Positions 9,149-18,260 of a stretch of DNA of 64,000 nucleotides are shown here, in pieces. The stretch's first letter is position 1. Each line of letters starts with the position of its first letter. The notes under the pieces are model-generated. The model was not told the origin of the DNA. It saw only the letters and a list, made by a program, of their open reading frames with translations, and did no database searches. Origin of the DNA: Pseudonocardiaceae bacterium. Lineage in GTDB: Bacteria; Actinomycetota; Actinomycetes; Mycobacteriales; Pseudonocardiaceae. Position numbers and translations under genes: made by a program. Where the stretch lies: assembly GCA_050699975.1 (NCBI GenBank), contig JBOHGH010000008.1:976-64975 (forward strand), written 5' to 3'.

Positions 9149-10741
9149 ATGCCTTCCCTGGAGAAGGCCATCAGCGAGACCGCGCTGTCCGCCGACGCCA
9201 GGGGACGGGTGATCGAGCTCCGGGAAATCAAGGCGGCCGCCCAGCACGGCCCCAGCGACCGGGCGACCGCGGCCCAGCACGCCAAAGGCAAGCTGACCGC
9301 CCGGGAACGCATCGAACTGCTGCTGGATCCGGGCTCGTTCAACGAGGTCGAGCAGCTGCGCCGGCATCGGGCCACCTGGTTCGGGCTGGAGCACAACAAG
9401 CCCTACACCGACGGTGTGATCACCGGCTGGGGCACGGTCGAGGGCCGCACGGTTTTCGCCTACGCGCACGATTTCCGGATCTTCGGCGGTGCCCTGGGCG
9501 AGGCCCACGCCACCAAGATCCAGAAAATCATGGACATGGCGCTCACCGCCGGCGCCCCGCTGGTCTCCCTCAACGACGGGGCGGGCGCTCGGATCCAGGA
9601 AGGCGTCGTGGCGTTGGCCGGCTACGGCGGCATCTTCCAACGCAACGTCAAGGCCTCGGGCGTCATCCCGCAGATCTCGGTGATGCTCGGTCCGTGCGCC
9701 GGTGGCGCCGCCTACTCCCCGGCGCTGACCGATTTCGTGTTCATGGTCCGGGACACGTCGCAGATGTTCATCACCGGTCCGGACGTCGTCAAGGCCGTCA
9801 CCGGCGAGGAGGTTACCCACGACGGCCTCGGGGGCGCCGACGTCCACGCCGGGACATCCGGCGTGGCCCACTTCGTCTACGACGACGAACAGACCTGCCT
9901 CGTCGAGGTCCGCTACCTGCTGTCGCTGCTGCCCGCCAACCACCTCGAACTCCCGCCCAGCCAGCCGAGTGCCGATCCCGCCGACCGCCGCGGCGAGGTG
10001 CTGCTGGACCTGGTGCCGGCCAACGGAAAGCTCCCATACGACATGGGCAAAGTCATCGAGGAGCTCGTCGACGACGGCGAATACCTCGAAATCCACGAGT
10101 CCTGGGCCACCAACGTGCTGTGCTGCCTCGCCCGCATGGGCGGCCAGGTCGTCGGCGTTGTCGCCAACCAACCGCTGGTGCTCGCCGGGGTGCTTGACAT
10201 CCGGGCCAGCGAGAAGGCCGCCCGCTTTGTACGCATGTGCGACGCGTTCAACATCCCATTGCTCACCCTGCTGGACGTTCCCGGCTTCCTGCCGGGTGTC
10301 GATCAGGAGCACGACGGCATCATCCGGCACGGCGCCAAGCTGTTGTACGCGTACTGCGACGCCACCGTGCCGCGAATCCAGCTGATCCTGCGCAAGGCCT
10401 ACGGCGGCGCGTACATCGTGATGGACTCGCGCTCGATCGGCGCTGACCTGTCCTATGCCTGGCCGACCAACGAGATCGCGGTGATGGGCGCCGAGAGCGC
10501 CGCCAACGTCATCTTCCGCAAGCGGATCGCCGAGTCGGATGACCCCGAGGGCGTGCGGGCGCAGCTGGTCAAGGAGTACCGGGCGGAACTGATGCACCCC
10601 TACTACGCGGCTGAGCGCGGTCTGGTCGATGACGTCATCGATCCCGCCCAGACCCGTGAGGTGCTCATCCGGGCACTGGCGATGTTGCGGACCAAGCGCG
10701 CCGAGCCGCCGCTCCGCAAGCACGGCAACCCGCCCGTTTAA
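9149..10741 (+). CDS. Acyl-CoA carboxylase carboxyltransferase (beta) subunit, PccB/AccD-like
   Basis: 530 aa with carboxyltransferase N and C domains (GGARIQEGV, FGGAYIVM-type context AYGGAYIVM). Starts 3 nt after the FAH stop. Confidence 0.9.
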   Translation: MPSLEKAISETALSADARGRVIELREIKAAAQHGPSDRATAAQHAKGKLTARERIELLLDPGSFNEVEQLRRHRATWFGLEHNKPYTDGVITGWGTVEGRTVFAYAHDFRIFGGALGEAHATKIQKIMDMALTAGAPLVSLNDGAGARIQEGVVALAGYGGIFQRNVKASGVIPQISVMLGPCAGGAAYSPALTDFVFMVRDTSQMFITGPDVVKAVTGEEVTHDGLGGADVHAGTSGVAHFVYDDEQTCLVEVRYLLSLLPANHLELPPSQPSADPADRRGEVLLDLVPANGKLPYDMGKVIEELVDDGEYLEIHESWATNVLCCLARMGGQVVGVVANQPLVLAGVLDIRASEKAARFVRMCDAFNIPLLTLLDVPGFLPGVDQEHDGIIRHGAKLLYAYCDATVPRIQLILRKAYGGAYIVMDSRSIGADLSYAWPTNEIAVMGAESAANVIFRKRIAESDDPEGVRAQLVKEYRAELMHPYYAAERGLVDDVIDPAQTREVLIRALAMLRTKRAEPPLRKHGNPPV

Positions 10742-10822
10742 GCCAACTCGGCGACCGCCCGCCTCACCCAACACGGCAACCGGCCCGCGTAACGAAAGCG
10801 TGAACCACCCGGGAGACCCCAC

Positions 10823-11905
10823 ATGACGATCGAATTCGCCACCCAGGCCGCTGAGCGCGTTCCCGCCGCGCGGCGGGAACGGCTGCTGTCCGCTCCCGCG
10901 TTCGGACAGGTGTTCACCGACCACATGATCACCATCAGGTGGGTGGAGTGCAGCGGCTGGCATGACGCGCGGCTCGAGCCGTATGGGCCGCTCGTGCTCG
11001 ATCCGTCAACCCAGGTCTTCCACTATGGCCAGGAGATCTTCGAGGGTCTGAAGGCATACCGGTGGTCGGACGGATCGATCGTGACGTTCCGCCCCTACGC
11101 CAACGCTGAGCGCTTCAACCGCTCATCCGAGCGGATGGCCATGCCGCCGCTGGCCGAAGACGCCTTCGTCGGGGCCCTGGAGTTGTTGGTCAGCACCGAC
11201 CAGGACTGGGTTCCCGCCCACCGGGGCCACAGTCTCTACCTCCGACCCTTCATGATCGCGACCCAGCCCACCCTCGGCTTCTACCATCCGTCGAACGCCT
11301 ATTTGTTCATCGTGATCGCGTCGCCGGCCGGGGCGTATTTCAAGACGGGAGTCCAGCCCGTCTCGGTGTGGCTGTCGACGGACTACACCCGCGCGGCGCC
11401 GGGCGGAACCGGCGCCGCCAAGTGCGGCGGAAACTACGCCGGCACGCTGGTGGCCCAACAGCAAGCCCTGCGGCAGGGCTGCGACCAGGTGGTCTGGCTC
11501 GACTCGGCGGAGCACCGCTGGGTCAACGAAATGGGCACCAGCAACATGTTCTTCGTATATGGGTCGCGGCTGGTCACACCGGAGCTGACCGGCACGTTGC
11601 TGGCAGGCATCACCCGGGACTCCCTGCTGACGCTGGCCGGAGATCTCGGCTACTCCGCGGCAGAGGGTCGCATCAGCGTCGACCAGTGGTGTGCGGACGC
11701 GGCTTCTGGCCAGCTCACCGAGGTGTTCTCCTGCGGCACCTCATCCATGATCACGCCCGTGGGCCGGGTCAAGGGCGCCGACGGCGAGTTCAGCATCGGC
11801 GACGGCCGGCCGGGCCCGGTCACCATGCGGCTCCGTGAGGAACTGATGGGCATTCAGTCCGGCGAGCGCTCCGACCCGTACGGCTGGGTGCACAAGATCA
11901 CCTGA
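10823..11905 (+). CDS. ilvE: Branched-chain amino acid aminotransferase
   Basis: 360 aa. Class IV aminotransferase signature: VFHYGQEIFEGLKAYR, GGTGAAKCGGNYA. Confidence 0.9.
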   Translation: MTIEFATQAAERVPAARRERLLSAPAFGQVFTDHMITIRWVECSGWHDARLEPYGPLVLDPSTQVFHYGQEIFEGLKAYRWSDGSIVTFRPYANAERFNRSSERMAMPPLAEDAFVGALELLVSTDQDWVPAHRGHSLYLRPFMIATQPTLGFYHPSNAYLFIVIASPAGAYFKTGVQPVSVWLSTDYTRAAPGGTGAAKCGGNYAGTLVAQQQALRQGCDQVVWLDSAEHRWVNEMGTSNMFFVYGSRLVTPELTGTLLAGITRDSLLTLAGDLGYSAAEGRISVDQWCADAASGQLTEVFSCGTSSMITPVGRVKGADGEFSIGDGRPGPVTMRLREELMGIQSGERSDPYGWVHKIT

Positions 11906-11957
11906 CCTCGTCCGCTCCCTATCCCGGTTCCATTCAGCTCTGTTCAGCCGGGAGATG

Positions 11958-12062
11958 GGGCCACGTGGCATTACCTGCAACGTCATCGCGCCCGGTTACC
12001 TGGACACCGACATTGACCAGGGTGCTCAGTGAGAAGCTGCACACCGACATCGTGACGCAGGT
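11958..12062 (+). pseudogene. SDR (FabG-like) C-terminal remnant
   Basis: GPRGITCNVIAPGYLDTDI is followed, after a frame change, by LSEKLHTDIVTQV. No N-terminal part is present. Confidence 0.35.
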
Positions 12063-12065
12063 GGC

Positions 12066-12638
12066 TCAGGTGTGTTCGGACACCAGCACCGCCCAGGTTC
12101 CCGGCTCCAGGGCCTGGAAGACGTGCGGGACGTCGGCCGGGTAGGCGATGTAGTCGCCGGGATGGAGCTCCACCGGTTCGTCGGTGACGCCGACCAGCGC
12201 CCGGCCGGTACTGAGCACGACGTGTTCCACCACCCCAGGCATGTGCGGCTCGGACGCGCGCTGGTGTCCTGGTTCGGCCGCGACCCGGTAGACGTCGCGG
12301 CGCGCGCTGGGCGGGCAGGCGGCCAGCAGGGTGGCCCGGTAGTCGGCCTGGGCGGAGAAGACCACGGGGCCCTCGTCGGCCCGGATCACCTGGACGTGTG
12401 GTCGGGGCGGGTCCAGCAGCCGCGAGAACGGGGCGTCCAGAGCGACGCAGAGCGCCCAGAGCGTCTCCAGGCTGGGATTTCCGGTGCCCGATTCGAGCTG
12501 GGACAGCGTGGACTTGGCGATGCCGGCCCGGCGGGCAACCTGGGTGAGGGACAACCCGGTCCGACTGCGTTCCCGGCGCAGCGAGGCCGCGATGACCTCC
12601 AGCGGTGCCTTGACTGGGGTGTTGCCATGCTGCGCCAC
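12066..12638 (-). CDS. XRE-family HTH regulator with C-terminal cupin domain
   Basis: HTH LSLTQVARRAGIAKSTLSQLESG, then a cupin end (VELHPGDYIAYPADVPHVF). GTG 12638 is chosen because the upstream part of the 317-aa ORF is antisense to azlC. Confidence 0.8.
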   Translation of the reverse strand: MAQHGNTPVKAPLEVIAASLRRERSRTGLSLTQVARRAGIAKSTLSQLESGTGNPSLETLWALCVALDAPFSRLLDPPRPHVQVIRADEGPVVFSAQADYRATLLAACPPSARRDVYRVAAEPGHQRASEPHMPGVVEHVVLSTGRALVGVTDEPVELHPGDYIAYPADVPHVFQALEPGTWAVLVSEHT

Positions 12639-12665
12639 GTTCGCTCCAGTGGTTGCTTGTTCGCC

Positions 12666-12694
12666 TTGACGAACGGTCCGGGCCTGTTCATTAT
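12666..12694 (+). promoter_or_regulatory. Sigma-70-like promoter TTGACG-N17-CATTAT, consistent with a leaderless azlC transcript
   Basis: Hexamers read directly. The -10 element ends 7 nt before the azlC ATG (12702), and no SD sequence is present. Confidence 0.35.
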
Positions 12695-12701
12695 AAACTC
12701 C

Positions 12702-13376
12702 ATGCGTTCGATGTGGAGAACCCTGGACCGCGGCTTGGTGCGAGACATCGCGCTGGTGTGCTTGGCCGTCGGGGCGATCGGTCTGTCCTACGGCGCGACC
12801 GCTGTCGCGTCGGGGTTCCCGCTGTGGCTGCCCGTACTGCTGGGCACGCTCGTCCTCGCCGCGGGCTCGGAGTTCCTGTTCATCGGGATCATCGCCGCCG
12901 GCGGCAGCCCCATCGCGGCGGTACTGGCCGGATTGCTGGTCAACGCGCGCCACCTGCCGTACGGCTTGTCGGTGCCCGAGGTGATCGGCACCGGCTGGCG
13001 GCGGATCCTCAGTACCCACCTGATGAACGACGAGACCGTTGTCCTGGCCCTCGCCCAGCCCGACCTCGCCCGCAAGCGGGTCGCCTACTGGGTGTGTGGC
13101 CTCGGGATTCTAATTTGTTGGCCGTTCGGCGCCTTCTTCGGTGGCCTGGTCGGCAGCGTCGTGCCCGACACCAACGCGTTCGGTCTGGACGCCATGTTCC
13201 CGGCCGTGCTTCTCGCCCTGATCCTGGCAGCGCTGCACGAGCAGGGCCCGCTGCGCGCCGCCCTGGCAGGGGCCGTCGTCGCCCTGGTCACCACCCCGTT
13301 CCTGCCGGCCGGACTCCCTGTGCTGTTGGCCTTGGCCGGACTGATCTTCACCGCGCGAGAAAAGGTGAGCCAATGA
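12702..13376 (+). CDS. azlC: AzlC family branched-chain amino acid exporter subunit
   Basis: 224-aa polytopic membrane protein: GLSYGATAVASGFPLWLPVLLGTLVLAAGSEFLFIG...NARHLPYGLS. Confidence 0.8.
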   Translation: MRSMWRTLDRGLVRDIALVCLAVGAIGLSYGATAVASGFPLWLPVLLGTLVLAAGSEFLFIGIIAAGGSPIAAVLAGLLVNARHLPYGLSVPEVIGTGWRRILSTHLMNDETVVLALAQPDLARKRVAYWVCGLGILICWPFGAFFGGLVGSVVPDTNAFGLDAMFPAVLLALILAALHEQGPLRAALAGAVVALVTTPFLPAGLPVLLALAGLIFTAREKVSQ

Positions 13377-13693
13377 ACAACGTGCTGCTGATCGGCGCGA
13401 TGCTCGCGCTCGCCGCAGGAACCTTCGCATTCCGGTTCGCCGGCCCGGCGCTGCGCACCCGGATCACCTTTCCGCCCCGCGCGACGAAGCTGCTGGAAAC
13501 CTCCTCCATCGTGCTGCTCGCGGCGCTGGTAGCCACCACGGCGCTATCCGAAGGACACGGCTTCGCTGGGTTCGCTCGCCCGGTCGGGGTGCTAGTCGGT
13601 GGCGTGCTCGCCTGGCGTAAGGCGCCGTTTCTGCTGGTCGTCCTCGCCGCCGCCGGCACCGCGGCCGTGCTGCGCCTGCTCGGCGTCCCGTGA
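13373..13693 (+). CDS. azlD: AzlD family small membrane protein
   Basis: 106 aa, hydrophobic. ATGA overlap with the azlC stop; the canonical azlC partner. Confidence 0.75.
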   Translation: MNNVLLIGAMLALAAGTFAFRFAGPALRTRITFPPRATKLLETSSIVLLAALVATTALSEGHGFAGFARPVGVLVGGVLAWRKAPFLLVVLAAAGTAAVLRLLGVP

Positions 13694-14071
13694 CAGCTGC
13701 GGCCGCACGACTGCGATGACGATCTGGTCGAGGCTCTGGGCGCGCGGAGGAGTGGGCAGCGCCAGGCCGTGACGGTTCTCGGCGAGGATCGCCCAGGCGA
13801 AGGCGACGAGCCCCGCCTGCAGCCGGGACTCCACGTCGAGCTTGGACATGATCTGTGCCACATGCGCCTTCGCCGTCCGTTCCTTGACGCGAAGCCTGGT
13901 CGAGATCGCCCGGTTCGACCGGCCTTCGGCTAGCAGGCAGAAGACCTCCAGCTCACGGCTGGACAGCGAGGAGACCTTCGCGAGTACCGCCCGCCATGCC
14001 CCGCCGGACACCGAGTCGATCCGTCCGGTATCCATGCTCGGAGCGCGTCGGATTTCTTCCTCACTAGTCAT
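13592..14071 (-). CDS. LuxR-family HTH protein (small; HTH domain only)
   Basis: LSSRELEVFCLLAEGRSNRAISTRLRVKERTAKAHVAQIMSKLDV. Start taken at M40 of the 198-aa ORF. The tail overlaps the azlD end by about 100 nt, so the C-terminal extent is uncertain. Confidence 0.6.
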   Translation of the reverse strand: MTSEEEIRRAPSMDTGRIDSVSGGAWRAVLAKVSSLSSRELEVFCLLAEGRSNRAISTRLRVKERTAKAHVAQIMSKLDVESRLQAGLVAFAWAILAENRHGLALPTPPRAQSLDQIVIAVVRPQLSRDAEQAQHGRGAGGGEDDQQKRRLTPGEHATD

Positions 14072-14600
14072 CGGCCCCAGTCTTCCGAGATGAGCACATC
14101 GGGGCCAGAATGAACCAGCCCCCAGGAACGGGCATACCTGAGGCGCGTGAACCATCCATCGTGGGCACCATCTCCGCTGCTTTGCCAAGCCGATGCTTCG
14201 TGACCCAAACCAGCGACTACATGAAGACGAGGGCGAACAACACCTGGCAGGTACGTCATGCTCAACCCCGATCGGGTGAACTTGCCACGATGGCCACTGC
14301 CCTGGCCGCCACCCACACCGTTACCGGCCCGCGCTGACCTGGGAGCCCTTCGTGGTCGACGAACCCGTCGCTACCGGGGCGCCGATACAGCGCCGCCATC
14401 AGATACGCCGTCCGCTCGATGAGGACTTTGCCCTCCTGTGTGTCGCCCGCCACGATCATGGGACCACCCTGAGCGGGTTTCTGCCACGAGGATCGGACCA
14501 CCCGGTTGCCAGTGATGGGACCACCCGGCGTGTAGCGCGGTGGGGTTGATCACTTCCGATGTCCGATCTGTCCATGTCATGCGACGTGGAGCTTCGGTAG

Positions 14601-14714
14601 ATGGCGTTTCGGGAGGTCTCGGTGGTTGAGGTGCGAGAGGTACTGCGGGCGTGGTTGGCCGGCGCCGGGTTGCGCACCGTAGCCGGGCGGACGGGGGTGG
14701 CCCGCAGACGCTGA
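14601..14714 (+). pseudogene. Possible transposase N-terminal HTH remnant
   Basis: The short ORF MAFREVSVVEVREVLRAWLAGAGLRTVAGRTGVARRR resembles N-terminal HTH leaders of actinobacterial IS transposases. There is no downstream catalytic region. Confidence 0.25.
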
Positions 14715-14860
14715 GGATCCCCGTCGTAGCCAGCGCGCCGGGCGCCACGGAGGACAGAGCAACCGAAGCTGCGTGAGCGGTACTGACGCCATCACCGTGT
14801 CGCCGGTCACACCCGTTCGGGTCGGGAACAACGAACTGCACAGGCTGGCTTGCACTGCCC

Positions 14861-16146
14861 GTGGAGAAACGGACGTTAGGCACAGTGCGGACGGAGCAGG
14901 CGCCCCTCACTGACGTGGTGATCCCGCCGACCGGCGCCGACCGGGTCCGGCTGGTGTTGATCCTGGGCGCGCTGATCGCGCTCGGCCCGCTGACCATCGA
15001 CATGTACCTTCCCGCCCTGCCGGCGATCACCGCCGACCTGCTCACCACTGAGGCCGCCGTCCAGCTCACGCTGACCGGGACACTCCTCGGCCTCGCCGTG
15101 GCCCAGATGGTGGTGGGCCCACTAGCCGATGCGTTCGGCCGCAAGCGGCCGCTACTGGTCGGGGCCGGCGTGCACGTGGCTGCGTCGGTGCTGTGTGCCG
15201 TTGCTCCGAACATCGAGGTGCTCGGGGTCCTGCGGGTGCTGCAGGGGGCGGGCGCGGCGGCAGGCATGGTGGTCGCGTTGGCGATCGTCCGCGACCTCTA
15301 CACCGGCCGGGCCGCCGCGGTGCTCCTATCGCGGCTGATCCTGGTCATGGGCGCCGCCCCGATCGTGGCACCGACCATCGGCGGGGCACTGCTGGGCTTC
15401 ACCTCCTGGCGCGGCGTGTTCGTCGCGCTCGCGCTCTACGGGCTGGTGCTGCTGCCGATCGCCGCCCGCCTGCTCCCCGAGACGCTGCCCCCGCGACGCC
15501 GTCGCACCGCCCGGATCGGGCCCACCCTGCGGACCTATCGCGAGCTTCTCAGCGATCGGGTCTTCGTCGGCCTGGTGCTGACCGCCGGCCTGGTGATGTC
15601 CGGGATGTTCGCCTACATCGCCGGGTCGTCGTTCGTGTTCCAGCAACAGTTCGGCCTCGACGAGCAGGGCTTCGGCCTGCTGTTCGGGATCAGCGCGTTT
15701 TTCATCATCGGCGGGACCCAGGTCAACGCCTACCTGTTGCGCTGGTTCGAGCCCCACCAGCTGCTGCTGGCCGCCGTGCTGGCCGGAACGGCAGCCGGTC
15801 TGCTGCTGCTCGCGGCTGCGGTCATCGGGTTCGGCGGCCTCATGGGCGTGCTCGTCCCGCTGTGGGCGGCGCTGTTCACCGCCGGCCTAGCCCTGCCCAC
15901 ACGCCCGCGCTCGCCTTGAGCCGCCACGGGGAAGCGGCCGGTACCGCCGCCGCGCTCCTTGGCGCCATCCAGTTCGGGACCGGGGCCGTCGTGTCGCCGC
16001 TGGTCGGTGTCGTGGGAAACGACGCCACGGCGATGGGCGCCGTCGTGGCAACCGCAATGACACTGGCGCTGGCGGTACTGGTGCTCGTGGTGCGGCCATG
16101 GCGGCTGGCCGGCCCCGACGTTCCGGAACCCGCCTTCGCCCGCTAG
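14861..16146 (+). pseudogene. Bcr/CflA-type MFS efflux transporter, interrupted by a frameshift near 15895-15905
   Basis: ORF 14861..15919 carries about 10 TM segments (LTIDMYLPALPAI...). The last two TM segments (PALALSRHGEAAGTAAALLGAIQFGTGAVVSPLVG...) continue in the frame of ORF 15193..16146. The junction is at ccc aca cgc ccg. Confidence 0.7.
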
Positions 16147-16237
16147 CGGCGGCGCGGTCGCCGGTTGTTCGACTCACGCTGTGCCGGTACGAGACACTGG
16201 TGGTCTGTCCCCGTCTGTGCTGAACCCCTCTCGGAGC

Positions 16238-17166
16238 ATGCTGGCTGTGTCTTATGGCGACCGTCTGACGCATCGAGCGGTGGCCGATGTCCTTGGCCTC
16301 GACGGTGCCTACCGTGACCCGATGTGGCGAGTCACGGTCCAGCTCACCGCGCTTGAGCGTGACCTGCTTCAGTGCTGGTAGGTGCGCCGGCTTGGGTTCA
16401 TCACCCACGCCGGGGCGGCCGCGATCTCGACGACCCAGTCCTACTCGCGGCTGGAACACTCCCTGGGGCTGCTCGCGCTGGCCGCGCATTTCGATCCTGA
16501 TGACCAGGTGGCCCGCGCGGCGGCGTTGCTGCACGATGTGGGGCATCTGCCGTTGAGCCACACGTTCGAACACGTCGCCGGTCTCGATCACCACCAGCTC
16601 GGTGCCGAGCGCATCGCCGACTTGGCCGACCTGCTCCGCCACCACGGCGTGGACTCAGAGGAGGTCATCGCCACCGACACCGGCGCACGCCCCTCGGTAC
16701 TGCGCGGTGGGCTGAGTGGACTGAGGCTCGACCACCTTGAATCACTGGTGCGCAGCGGGTCCGCCACCTCGCCACCGTTCTGTTGGACGGCGCCTGCGCC
16801 TCCCGCAGAAACGAGGTCGCCGCGATGACCGACGACGAGTTCTGGGCGCTGTTGCTCCACCACCCCGACACCGCCGGCTACGCCCGCGCGCTGCGTCGCG
16901 ACCCTGCAGCGTGGCAGGTCGTCCCGCTGACCAAGGACACCGTCGACGGACTCGCCTACGAGGTCCCCCATCTCTACCTCGACATGCCGGTGGTCAACAG
17001 CCGGCCCCTTTTAGCGACGCACCCGGCCCTCGTCGAGTTACCCACCACCCCTTGGGCCTGCCGGATAATCCCACCCGATGCGATCACCGAGGTCGAGAAG
17101 GAACGGCTCGCTACCTGGCGAGCACGGCCCGCAAGGCCTTATCCACTCCGGCGAGGTCGTTGTTGA
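16238..17166 (+). pseudogene. HD-domain phosphohydrolase with an in-frame TAG (16379-16381) and a frameshift near 16765
   Basis: ...ALERDLLQCW*VRRLGFITHAG...LLHDVGHLPLSHTFEH...LRLDHLESLVRSG, then RHLATVLLDGACASRRNEVAAMTDDEFWALL continues in another frame. ORFs 16181..16381 and 16382.. share one frame, separated only by the TAG. Confidence 0.65.
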
Positions 17167-17347
17167 TCTCCCCAACGATCGATCCGACTGGCTCGGTCCG
17201 TTCGGTGACGAGGTGGAGGCCGGCGGTGGTTGCGCGAAGCTTGGCATCGACGCGCCGGAGAACGAGCGCGATCCTGATCAGGTAGGCAGCGAGCACCAGC
17301 ACGGTGAGCGCTGCGAGGATGATCGTGAATACAGCGGCTATCGGCAT
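17111..17347 (-). CDS. Small single-pass membrane protein (array member 5), DUF948-like architecture
   Basis: MPIAAVFTIILAALTVLVLAAYLI, then a helical tail. gaggag lies 8 nt upstream of ATG 17347. ORF open from 17404. Confidence 0.65.
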   Translation of the reverse strand: MPIAAVFTIILAALTVLVLAAYLIRIALVLRRVDAKLRATTAGLHLVTERTEPVGSIVGEINNDLAGVDKALRAVLAR

Positions 17348-17360
17348 GGTAATTCGCTCC

Positions 17361-17609
17361 TCACAGGAGGCGGGCAACCGCCTGCACATAGCGGGTGAGG
17401 CCACCGCCCACCCGTTTCACGGCGTCGCGGGTGGGTATCAGCGCCTTCACATCGTCGCATGCGATGACGATGCCCCCGGCCTGACCGTGAATGGTGTCGA
17501 CGTGCTTCCCGACGTCGAGGGTGGCCCTCATCAGGCGCTGCAGGAGCACCACCACGACGGGTATGACCACGAACAAGAAGATCGCGTTACCGATCCACCA
17601 CAGTGCCAC
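17361..17609 (-). CDS. Small single-pass membrane protein (array member 4)
   Basis: 82 aa with TM IGNAIFLFVVIPVVVVLL. GGAGG lies 6 nt upstream of GTG 17609. Confidence 0.65.
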   Translation of the reverse strand: MALWWIGNAIFLFVVIPVVVVLLQRLMRATLDVGKHVDTIHGQAGGIVIACDDVKALIPTRDAVKRVGGGLTRYVQAVARLL

Positions 17610-17623
17610 CGTCGCCTCCTATC

Positions 17624-17986
17624 TTACTTTCGCCCTATCGCAGGGTCCTGAGTTATTGCGGGTCGCCAACCAGTTCCCGAGGCCTGGGCAGGCGCCGACC
17701 GCGAGGTCTGGGCCTGCGTCTGCTGCGAAGGCAGCGACTCGGCCTTCTCCGCGATGGCGGGCAGCGCGCCGGCGATCACGTTCAGCTTCCGGTTCAGGAG
17801 CGCGGCACCAGCGCCGACCAGAAACACGTCCCCTTGGATCGCCCCGATGACCCCACTACTCACCTGTCCGAGGGTGTTGGCGAGGGAGCGCAGCCGACGA
17901 GTGATCAAGATAACGAACAGCGCCAAGACGGCCACCAGGGCCACGATCTCGACGACGGTGAGGGTTACGAGCAGTCCCGTGCTCAT
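17624..17986 (-). CDS. Small single-pass membrane protein (array member 3)
   Basis: 120 aa with TM LLVTLTVVEIVALVAVLALFVILI, then a helical region and a Q/S/A-rich tail. ATGA overlap with member 2. Confidence 0.65.
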   Translation of the reverse strand: MSTGLLVTLTVVEIVALVAVLALFVILITRRLRSLANTLGQVSSGVIGAIQGDVFLVGAGAALLNRKLNVIAGALPAIAEKAESLPSQQTQAQTSRSAPAQASGTGWRPAITQDPAIGRK

Positions 17987-18258
17987 CGCGCCCCCACCCC
18001 CAGCAGTTGAGCGTGGCGACCCGCCTCGGCCGCGACCTCATCCAGGCTGTCGATGACAGCGAGCGCGATCTTGATGTTGGCCGTGTTGCCGCCAACCCCC
18101 TGCGCCACGTCCCATAGCCGCAGCACGCTGGTTTCGATGGAGCCGACGAGATAGAGGAGGAGGCTGAGCAGCGCGATCACGGCGAGTAGCACGACCGCCC
18201 CGAGAGCCAGGATAACCTGCCAGAACGTGATCTCCTCGGCGGCGAGAGCTAAGACCAT
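17983..18258 (-). CDS. Small single-pass membrane protein (array member 2)
   Basis: 91 aa with TM WQVILALGAVVLLAVIALLSLLLYLV. GGAGG lies 6-7 nt upstream of the ATG. Confidence 0.65.
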   Translation of the reverse strand: MVLALAAEEITFWQVILALGAVVLLAVIALLSLLLYLVGSIETSVLRLWDVAQGVGGNTANIKIALAVIDSLDEVAAEAGRHAQLLGVGAR

Positions 18259-18260
18259 CG

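Noticed and set aside
8039-10963. 974-aa minus-strand ORF, the longest of several very long antisense ORFs. Others are 6350..7999, 40299..41972, 43764..44768, 46268..47971, 55090..56553, 57251..58297, 26382..27944 (+) and 29602..31053 (+).
   Set aside because: Each lies exactly opposite a gene with clear family motifs (FAH/carboxyltransferase, acyl-CoA oxidase, Emb, CCD, methyltransferase, shell protein, XRE, LldD). Their translations are Arg/Gly/Pro/Asp-rich low-complexity strings, typical of stop-codon-poor shadow frames in high-GC DNA.
12072-12701. The N-terminal 210 codons of the 434-aa ORF 12072..13376, which would extend AzlC.
   Set aside because: That portion is antisense to the XRE-cupin gene and non-membrane-like. 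AzlC similarity begins at ATG 12702, which has its own promoter-like hexamers.
14371-15267. 298-aa minus-strand ORF.
   Set aside because: Its upper part is antisense to the MFS transporter and the translation is Ser/Thr/Pro/Ala low complexity. No support.
16379-16381. The in-frame TAG in the HD-domain gene as programmed readthrough or pyrrolysine.
   Set aside because: There is no pyl machinery context. The same gene also has a frameshift, and neighbouring genes are decayed too, so pseudogenisation is the simpler explanation.
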